Positions 53,201 to 64,000 of a stretch of 64,000 nt of DNA are shown here, one piece after another (the stretch's first letter is position 1; each line of letters starts with the position of its first letter). The DNA lies in assembly GCA_012295275.1 (NCBI GenBank), contig CM022673.1, forward strand, positions 4,154,001 through 4,218,000, in the 5' to 3' direction. Source of the stretch: Chrysomallon squamiferum (lineage: Eukaryota > Animalia > Mollusca). The notes beneath the pieces were generated by a model. The model did not search any database. It had not been told where the DNA came from and saw only the letters and a program-made list of their open reading frames with translations. The position numbers and the translations under genes were made by a program.

Positions 53201-55336
53201 AATGAACAAAAATACAGTTCAGTTTCCAAAAACAGATTTTTCCCATTTCAATTATACGAATAAATTACTTTTTTAATAATAAAAAAAATATATATGGAAC
53301 GATGAGAAAAATATATTCTGTTTTTAATCTTTTTAAAAAACGAATCTTTAGCAGAAAAGCAAAAAAAAACCCCACAATCACACGTTAGACCGGAATCATT
53401 TGCTTTCAAAGAGAAAACAAAAGGCTTGTTTGTTTTCTCTACCATTTCTGCGATCCGTATTATGGAGAAAGTGAGAAAAACAAAGGAGATATTTACATTA
53501 TCACCGAAGTCATTTAGCTAAATTAACAAGCCTAAAGTCATGTACTAACAACACCTTGTTTTATGTTCAGTACAACGCTTGTTTCGTTAACCGGCCGCCA
53601 TCTTTGTTATTTAAGATCTCGATATGGACGTCTCCGAGGCAACGCCAGGAGCGAGAATGTACGAGATTTCTCACAGAGGCACGCAGACTCAGATTTATTA
53701 AGAGCATAGTCCACAGTTAATAATAGAAATATGTTAACACCTTAAGGCAATTTTTTTCCTTTTTTTTTTTTTTTTTGGTTTTCAAGGTCAAAAGACAGAA
53801 TCCTTATAAATACTGAGAAACAACAATCAGTCCATCTTGAAAAATGTTTCATATATACCAGTATATACATATAATATTTATATATACACATACAAACGTA
53901 CACACACAGACGTACATGATACCTATATGTATGCATACATACATACATACACCAATGAACACACATACACAAATACACATACACATATATGTGTGAACGT
54001 TGCGCCAATAATTCTCCATATAATCACAACGTTTTCGCTATAACTGTATATCTACACAAGAATTAACGATAATTATATGGATTTTATATATTTATTTATT
54101 TATTATTGTTATGTCATGTTGTTATTTTGTGTTGACTGTAAAAATAATATGAAACTTGCTGCAGCCAACATATTTGCCATGACCGTTGATACACTAATCC
54201 TTAAGGACTGGTTTCGAACGGGAAAAAGCCCCAAGGATGCTCTGAGCAATATTAACCCTTGACCAGTCGCTGTGATGATGAGTCGCTCATCCAAATGATG
54301 CTAGTGACGTCCGTGTTAGAAAATTATTGCAGCTTTTATAGCTTGACAGAAATAATTGCAAATCTGAAGTATACAAACTATTTATAATCAGTGCGTTAGA
54401 AGAGCGAAATGTATATTGCATTAAGCATTCTTGAGGCCGTCAAGATCGGACATCTCGTTTTAATGGACTTATGCAATAATAATAATGAAGAATTGTCGAT
54501 ACAGCGAAAAACATGTGATTAAAACACTCTTTGAAGTTAACAAATAAGGTTCCGCTCATTTAACTCGCCAAAGTAGGCCTACGAACGGGTTTACCGTCTC
54601 CATTTTACTCCTTAATTTTCTGAAGTTATTGTCACAAAATTCTCTTTGTAGTATATCAGAATGCACTCACAGTGTGAGGATAACCGGTTGCGTGCATGCA
54701 TTAGTAATGTCTAACATTAACGTTTATCGTTCAGCTAGCAGGAATTAATTCCCTTGCGATCGGTGCTGGTTAAAAACGCTCGTATATCTGTAACGATGTT
54801 AGCATACGGGGATTTACGTCACAAAGTAACGGCAGCTGTAAGATTTGAATTAAAGTTACATGAAGGAAAAGAAAGAGAGAGATGCTAATTACAAGACAAG
54901 TACATCGGTTATTCACTAATCAGTAGTTGTTGGGTGTCAGATGGAGGACAGAATGAAATGATTCGAATTATTATTTAACTGTATCCCTCAAGGCACAGAG
55001 TAGTAGTCATGTGCTGAATTCCAAGCTAATAATGTCTCAAGTCTAGTGATATTATAAAAATATGATATACTGAGATGTGATTCTTTGTATTAACATACTA
55101 AAGGCACAGTCTGATATAAAGCGAGGTCAGATACTGAGTCCACGTTAGGTGTGAACAGATCTGAAGGCAGCATAAGAACATAATCTGCACCCATGTGTGT
55201 GTGTGTGTGTGTGTGTGAAAACAAATATATCTTAATAGCAGTTGAAAGTGCCAATCATACAGTCATACTACTATGCTCTTTCATTATTAGCTGACATTAT
55301 GTACGTGTGAATGATTGTGTGTGTGTGTGTGTGTGT

Positions 55337-55428
<92 letters not shown>

Positions 55429-58400
55429 CGTTTTGTATTTTATAATTGAGTTCCATGTGGAAGGATCCATCAAATGTTTTGAATAAGTATTTAACTATCT
55501 CAGTTATTTACAGAAAACAAATCGTGGTAGACACTTCCCCGCAGAAACGACAATAAAAGCCTTAATGTCACGCATCTCCATTTTCAAGAACCATCCAGCC
55601 AAGGTTTCATAATTCAGATCCAGTTCTCACAGCTTTGCAGACTTTCTAGCACTATACCATCCCTTGCTATTATCGAGGTCATTAAATCAAAAGAGAAAAA
55701 AAATAAAAATAAAAATAAAAGAATTATGAAATCTTTCACGATTTTTGAGTTATAACGTCTTAAGCTATAAATATCCAAGAATCTATCTGGCTTTTGGCGA
55801 CTTCAGAGCCACAGAGAATTGTCGGTGAAAAACGAAGAGCACTGGTATGACATTGGTTTTTTTTGTGTGTTTTTTTTTATTGTTTGATGTCAGTTTACGA
55901 TTCCTCTGGGTACATCGCCTAGACCGCAACAACAAAAATGGATCCAGTCGTATCCAGCCTGATATTAATTATTTAGCAATCACTCGTTCGTGTTACCCTC
56001 AGACGCGACTTTGATGTCGCCGCGGTCGAAATTAGAGGAAAAGTTTTACGATAACTACAAAAGGGATGGTGTAAATGGGTTATTAGGGACACTCCGTAAC
56101 AATACATCACCCAATTAGAGGGAATATAGTTTTCATGTTCATACACCACTGATATCAAAGCAGTCGTAATGCGGCCTGATTGAGCCCGTTTTTTATAGCA
56201 CGCAGTTGGATAACATCGTCCAGTGTCGGGCAATATGGGATTATATGACAGCCATAAAGGAAAAGGAGAGAAGGGGAATAATGAAAAAAAAAAAATAATA
56301 AAAAATAAAAAATCACAGACAGTTACTCTCAACTTATTCTTGTCGATGAGATGTCGCAAGATCAAAACAACCGTAGCGTAATCGTGTAAAAAAAAAAAAA
56401 TATGTATCTTTGTACAAGATTGAGTCTGAAAGATGATAAATAGAACAAAATTATTTATCGTTTTTGCAAATGTAGTTTCGTTTACCAAATAAACACACGT
56501 GTACCGTCAGCAGATTTGCTACGTAAACTGTATTATGTACTTCATAAACTCTATCAAAGCGGATAATTTAATGTGACAGCTATTTCTGTGATATTCATGC
56601 ACATATGCTTGAGTAATATATGTCAAATTCATAATATAAATTATTGTAAAAATGAATTCGGTACGCAAATATAAATAGGTAGATAGATACATACATACAT
56701 ACATACATACATAGACAGATAGCAGATAAATAGATACACACACACACACACACACATATATAATTTACATATACATATATGTGTCTGTGAGTGGGTGTAT
56801 AGAAAACTAAATCGTGTTTACTATATCATTTCAGCACAATCTGTAATTACCAAAGGTTCAAAATAACGTAGTCTTAAGTAAATCACACACAGATATTTTC
56901 ATGGTTTTCTTGTCTGCTAACAAATTGACTTTCTTTTCCATTATTAAACAGTTGAAATATTTATAGCGTCCAAAGACGGAGAGGGACGAAAGCGTGCGAT
57001 ATTCAATAACCAGTTTTCTTGTGAAACTTCAGTGACGCATAAATACCGTATAGCAATGATTAGACCATACGAATGACGTGTAAAATAATGAAATAATCCT
57101 ATTAGAGCAAGAACTAAGCCCACCGAAACTATATTGGCGATGTTTTCTTTGTTGCAGTCAAAGGAATCCTGCTTTGATGTTACGTTTACTCACATAAACA
57201 AGAAAGAAACAACGTGAAGGCATCTTTGTCCAATAATGTTTCGTCTTTCATGTTCTTCTTGTAAGAGCGGAAGTTTTAAAATGATGCTGACATAAAACGG
57301 GAAAAGGATTTTTTATTTATTTATTATTATTATGTTGTTGTTTTTTTTATGGCCTTTTTCGTTTTATTTCTTTATAATTATTAACATTTATAATTATTAT
57401 TAACATTATTATTATTATTATCATTATTATCATCATCATCATCATTATCATCATCATCATTACTAAATTATATATCTCGGTCACTGATCTTTAAAACGTA
57501 GTAATATTTGGTTTATAATTTCAGTTATATCCACTTTGATCAACTGAATTTTTCAGTCTCAGCTATATAATCGTAATTTAATTAATATATATATATATAT
57601 ATAAAATGGAATATTTAAAAATATTTGTTCACTGAAATAATTAAATTTCATTTATATGTATCGATTCGTATTAAATAATGATTGTACAACTAGAATATGT
57701 TTGGGGGAGTTCTACATATGTATGTGTGTGTGTGTGAGTATGTATGTGTGTGTGTGTGTATGTATATATGTAAGTTTGTATTAATATACGAGTGTATGTA
57801 AGTGTTTATGTGTGTAGTATATCTGTATTTCTAATGACACATCTAGTTTTTTTTATTTTCATGTGTGTATGCACACGTGCGCGCATGGTCATGCATCAGT
57901 ATATAACGGATTTGTCTCTATGAACAGGAACATATTTGATATCAAACGAGCAACAGTCTTAACATTTTTATGGATGTCAGTCGCAGTAATCACTCCACAG
58001 TCGTTCTGTAGGAAAAGAAGGAATTTGCCAATCTGTTATTTAGAAGTCGCGTCTGCACTTGAAGACTAAAATAATCATAATTATGAACATCAAAGTACTT
58101 TCCTAAAGCGTTTGCTGATTACAATGACTGGTGTAGAGACCAACATGCTTAACAGTTCATCTCAGCTAAACGAACTTAACCGCGCATGTGCGCACTAAAC
58201 GGAAGTAGAAGGCCAGACGAAACTGCGTTAAGGAAGAAGCTTCCTGATTGAATACGGTTATCAAAACAAAACTTTTATCGTGAATTCTCCGCAATCACAG
58301 AAATAACAAACTGCATTAGTTGTCTGATTCATAAATGTTCAACCAGTCAAATTTTTTGTTGAAAAAGATTTGTAATTTTTTTTTTTTAAATTAAGTTGCT

Positions 58401-59400
58401 TGTATTGTGGAACTCGTTATGATGTACACGACTGTATACATGTATACTTGTGTAGAACTGATGTTAGCTTTGTATGAATAAAATGATGTTTTGTGAAGTT
58501 GGAACGGACATAACCTCACTCGATACAGCTCTTGCATTTGATAAAATCGTTCAGGATCATTTCAGTGCTACTCTTTATTTTATTTTATGTTATTTTATTT
58601 TATTTTATTTTATTTAATTAATTATTTTTATTTTATTTTATTTTATTAATTATTTTTATTTTATTTTATTTTATGTTACTTTATTTTATTTTATTTTATT
58701 TTATTTATTTTTTCTTACTCAGTGAAATAATAATGCTGTAGCGTTTCATATTAGCAGGTATTATTGATATATTTGTTGATCCATTTTTCACCATTTTTTA
58801 TACTTCACAATAACAACAACAACAACAACAACAATAATAATAATTTCTTTCTTTCTTTTTCTTTACTCAGTGCAAACCCATTTAAATTTGATGAAACTGA
58901 ATTGTACATTAATTTATTCTTTTTTTATAACTAAAAATTAGCTGCATTATTTTATCCTGCAAACTATGTTTTTAAAAAACAACAAAAAAACAACAACATA
59001 TTAACAAAATATCTTGCTGAATTCAAAAGAATCTCTGAAAACGTACCTGGGTGGGGACAGCCGTGATTCTCGCGTGCAGTTTGTACTCAAACATACTTAT
59101 CAATACTTTTGGAATACAGCTGTAGATTACGAACTTCACGCTTACTGAGACATAAAAGAAATTTCAAATAATCTACGTCATTATTCGATATTCCGTAACG
59201 AGTAGTCCATTAGATCGCAAATGTAGAACAGGAGATCCTAATAGATTTTATTAAGTACAAAGCACGTTAATGTGCTTTAATTTCCTTAGGTCCGAAAAAA
59301 AAAATAATAATAATAAAATATTTATTCTTTGAAAAAAAAAATAATAATAATAAAATAAAATAAATTAAATAAGTAAATAAATAAATAGTAATAATACTTT

Positions 59401-59485
59401 TCCACGTGATGCAGAACAAGAACTTCATTACGAGTCAAAATCAGGCTCTACAGGTCTCTCATCAACTCCATCTTCTGCCATGGCT
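59401..59485 (+). mobile_element. Short RTE-like LINE fragment, same family as 25630-26075
   Basis: Shares cagaacaagaacttca with 25702 and encodes VKIRLYRSLINSIFCHG, similar to the RTE KirLYrslv.sillYG motif. Confidence 0.6.
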
Positions 59486-60597
59486 TATTATTTTTACTTT
59501 ACTTCATATTAAAATAATTTTCTTTCTTTACTTTTAGATTTATTTTTTTATTTTATTTATTTTAATATTTTATTTATTTATTTATTTTATTTATTTATTC
59601 TTTCATTCATTCATTCATTCATTTTTTCCTTCTTTCTTTCTTTTAATTTTTTTGTTTTTTTTTTGTTTTATTAATTTAAATGTGAATCTGTATTCCAGTC
59701 ATTCACCTGTCTTTCTGTTGCGTTCTAGCTTACAGAAATTATGAAACAGAAGAAACCTTGCAAGCAGTTATTTCACTTTAGTCAAGTCACGTTTTTGTTC
59801 TGTTATACTGACAATTGAAAAAAAAAAAAAAAAAAAAAATAGAATAAGATAAATAAAAAAATTTAATTCACACTGATTCCGAGAATAATATGTAACATTT
59901 CCCGATATAGCCGTAGTGTTGCGCTTATAGATAATTGTTATCTAAATTTAGGTTCGTGTAGCTAGTACGTCAATGCCTTATTTTTAGTAACGCCATCTTT
60001 CGACTGCACATCAAATCGTCTGTCTCCGTGAATACCATAAATTTGATATTTCTCGTATCTCACATTAGAATATCGTTAGAAATTAAATTATACCTCATCT
60101 AATGAAAGGGAATGAAAGACTTCTGTGTACTTAATTAATCATTACTTTCAGATCATTTTCGTTTGTTTTGTTGTTGTTGTTTTTTCATGTTGTTTTTTTC
60201 CGTTTTCTATCTCTGATGGATTGAAACATACAAGTGATAATAATAAAAATAATTTTTTTTTAAAAATTAGAAATGATTTTAGTTGTTATTGTTACTACTT
60301 CTGTTGCTACTCCTGTTGCTAGTCCTATTATTGCTACTACGGTTATTACTAATGTCACCATCACCACTACTAGTGTTGTTGCTGCTACTTTTAGTATTAA
60401 TACTTTAATTGTCATTATTAGTACAAGTAATAGCAGTAGTAATAGCAGCAGTAGCTGTAGTAGTAGAGGTAACAGTCCTGGCTGTAGAAGTAGTAGAAGA
60501 AGAGGTTGCAGTAGTAGAAGGTTAGTAGTAGTAGTGATGGTGATGATACAATTAATAGTACTTTTTGTGGCTGTAGAAGAAGTGTTGTTATTGTCAC

Positions 60598-60651
<54 letters not shown>

Positions 60652-62469
60652 GTCAATAAAAAATAATCTCGGTGAATAAATATTGTTGAAACTACTGATT
60701 AAAATTGGCACGTGGAGTTAATTCTGCACTGGCTCTCACCACTTTTTTGTTGCCCTTTGATTCCACACGAGCGCCATCTCGACTGTTTTCCTTTCTTATT
60801 TAACAAAACCCGATTCGGTTTGAACTCGGATGACAAACAACCTGTCAAATTTTTATTTCAATTTTTAGTGTTGACTTAACGAAAATGATTGATGCAGAAC
60901 TATGAATATTTTTTTCTTCCTTACTCCCTGAAGAATTCTGTTTCCCCTCTGACGTTGATTCAAAGAAAAGATAACTACGAGAAACTTCAGTGACCCGCTG
61001 GTCTGTCATTTCATAAACGATGATCACAAAGGAGTGATATTTTTTGTTATTTAAATTAATTTCCTTTGTATTGATGATTCAGTGCTGAAACGTCGGAAAG
61101 GTTTTCTGGTTTCGACTTTGCGTCTTTGGAATGAAAGTGAGTGATAGTGCTTGAGATGGCGAGTTTGAAAAGATAATCAAAGCCGGAATAAGAGAGGAAA
61201 AAAAGATTTAAAGATGTCTCTGATTTTTGTAGTTTTTGTTTTCAGTTTGCACATGGTAAAACTCTAAAGTCTGGTTTTTGTTTTGATTTATAGAAATTAA
61301 AGTGGATATACTCCAGATGTTTTTTCTTTTTATTATTATTTTTTCCATCCCGTTCGCAACTGTTTAAAAACTGAAGAGATAGAGAGAAATATTTGTTAAT
61401 AGGCAAAGCCTTTGACACGAATTTCAGAATAATAAAAAAATTTGTAAAAAAAAAACCATCCAGATTTGAAGTTACATTAATGATTTCTTTATCGAAGAAT
61501 TAAAAATACATGTGATAATAACATTCTGGAGAAAAAACAATCAAAGGAGATGAAAGAGTTTTATATAACATCTTTCTAATTAGAAAATCTTTAAATCAGA
61601 AACGGATATCATTAACGTAGTCTGCTACCAGAAAAAACAAATGAACGATTTAAACGAAATTCAGATTTACAGTAGGTACAAAAACAAAGTTAGGTCTCAG
61701 ATAGAAGTCAGAAAATCCATAGCTGTTGCGGTTTAATTATTAGGTGTAATTTTAAAGCAATTTCACCAGCAAATTCGCCGATCGTAATTTTTCCTACAGG
61801 AGGCGGATCGTTTTGCCAAGCAGCAGGGCTGGTGTCTCCCTAGTGGCTGTCGCAGTTTGGCGCGAATCTCCTAAGAAACAGAAATGAAGTTTGTTTGAAA
61901 GGTTACTGGATGACTACCGTTCTGTCAGACAACGTTATAATTAACTTTGTGAATTCAGCACGTCGACAAGGGGGACGATGTAATGTCGTACACCAAGTAT
62001 GACTGCACTTTAATTACGTTGGCGACGTTGACTGCAGCGATCACTACGCTAATTTCGGCGTGGAAGTAATGAATGAAATGTAAAATAGCGATTTCCCTTT
62101 CAAGAATTTGTATCTTGTTCGCGTAAAAGTATTGTTCTTCGATAATTCATTTGTTGTAACAGGAAATTTGCTACATCCACTAATGTCAGTTTAAAATTAG
62201 ATCGTGTAATTGCTGGTGTTTGGGGTTTTTTCCCCAGTTTAATCAAGTTTTCGAAAGTGAAGTAAATTTTCCTTGTAAGAGAATCAGAGTGATAGTTTTA
62301 TGTCCATGATTGGTACATTGTTTGTTTTGTGCTTTTCAAACGAGCATCGTCCATGATCGAAATCAGAAATAAAAATACAGTATGAGAAAAGTTTTTAAAT
62401 TTTTTGTTTAGGTTTTACTGATATTTTTAAGCCTTTCTTTTTCATCATAATCATCTTACTAAAAAAAAT

Positions 62470-62663
62470 ATTACTACTGATGTTACTACCACTAGAGTAA
62501 AAAGCAATAATACTACAGGTAGTAGCAGTTGCAATAGTTTGCAGTTGGAGTAGACGTAATTAAAATAGTAGTGGTTGTAGAACCAGTAGCAGTGGCGATG
62601 GTACTATTAATAGTGGTGGTAGTAGTAATAATAGTAGTACTAGAGTAGTAGTGTTAGTAGTGT

Positions 62664-62716
<53 letters not shown>

Positions 62717-62785
62717 AAAGTAGTAGTAGTACTAGTAGTAGCAGCAGGAGCAGCAGTAGTAGTATAATAGTAGTAGTTGTAGTAA
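62470..62785. repeat. Degenerate (GTA/ACT)n trinucleotide array
   Basis: Directly visible. Equivalent arrays occur at 9675-10085, 11795-11950, 24305-24660, 47630-48320 and 60275-60650. Confidence 0.85.
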
Positions 62786-63515
62786 ACCAGAAATTCTTCG
62801 GTCTTTGTCATGCTATTTAGCAGGGTTAAGACATTGAAATAATTATATTAACTCATATTCTGTTTTTGCCGGTGTGTTGTGTGTGCGTTAATACAGTATA
62901 TGCGTGTATATGTGCATCTGTCTGTACGTTTCACCTTCCATGAGCAGAGTAAAACATTTTGAGTAAAACTCTACAACTTTCCTTGATAATTTTATACGAA
63001 AAGAAAAACTGCAGTTTTAAAATACGCTTGGCTGACAAATAAGAATGGTTATTTGTTTAAAATAATTTAGATATGGTGCCATTGTCACTTTCGGTTTTCT
63101 TTTTCCTATATCTTTGAGGCATTTCCCAGGAAAATTAAAATATGATTCTGAATTTGTTATCTGAATATTTGATAATCCATATAATAACGTTATTTATTTT
63201 ATGTTATTTATTTATAAATTTATTTGTTTGTTGTTGTTTTTGCTTTTTGTTTTTTAGTGGTTTTGGGTTTTTGGTTGTTCGTTCATTGTTTTTTTGGATG
63301 TTCTTTCATTGTTTTTTGGTGGTATTGTAATTTTATTTTTTTTCCTGTGTCCACGGATTTCTTCTTCATATAATTTTATATATGTATATAGTTTATGTCT
63401 ATATATGTATTTATGTATGTACGCGATTGTATGTTTGTACGTTTGTGTTACGTATGTTTGTATTTATATATATGTGTATTATGTATGAGCATATGTGGTA
63501 ATCAAATGTAGATTC

Positions 63516-63605
<90 letters not shown>

Positions 63606-63752
63606 AAAATAAAGAAAACAATCCACGAAAATTCGATTTATAATTTGACCTAGTCCCTATAAATACCTGAATTTTTTGCAACGAAAAAACGAGAAATAAT
63701 AATGATAATAATAAGTTCCTTCAGCTAATAAAGTGATATGTCAGATACTAAA

Positions 63753-63787
<35 letters not shown>

Positions 63788-64000
63788 AACGCAGGAAAGA
63801 AATGTAATGGTGTTATATCATTTTTCTCTACACCTTCCGCATTAACGTAAATAGAAAATCAAACTGTAAATTATAATCACATTTATATCCTTGTCAGCTT
63901 TTACGTTCTAAGTAGAAGCGCCAAAAGGTTATAGGAATTGAAATGTCTTGTGTCTGTACGTGCGTGCATGCAGACTTGGATGTACATTCATAAAGGTATA

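Noticed and set aside
55973-56488. 171-aa minus-strand ORF
   Set aside because: Non-ATG start, crosses poly-T runs, and shows no protein-like composition or motif.
61831-61848. Second CTCF-like site (gccactagggagaca, minus)
   Set aside because: It mismatches the GGC core positions and is too weak.

Overview
AT-rich, microsatellite-dense, gene-poor animal genomic DNA, most likely a mollusc (gastropod-like, inferred from the neuropeptide type and SINE family). There is no prokaryotic content, CRISPR array, rRNA or tRNA. Two credible coding regions lie on the minus strand, each contained in one exon and each with a splice acceptor just before its ATG. (1) 12776-13912 is a buccalin/allatostatin-A-type neuropeptide precursor with about 19 predicted amidated peptides, including 11 identical STDRFGFAPQL-amide copies separated by KK. 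(2) 26149-27288 is an unrecognised secreted protein with acidic, Thr-rich and Lys-rich blocks. A TATA/CCAAT promoter with an ATG-free first exon lies far upstream (about 47049-47290, minus strand). It could splice to either acceptor, so a nested or shared-first-exon locus is the main hypothesis. The rest is decayed SINEs, RTE-type LINE fragments, minisatellites and simple repeats. Nearly all other listed ORFs are simple-repeat artefacts. All splice models are inferred from sequence motifs only.
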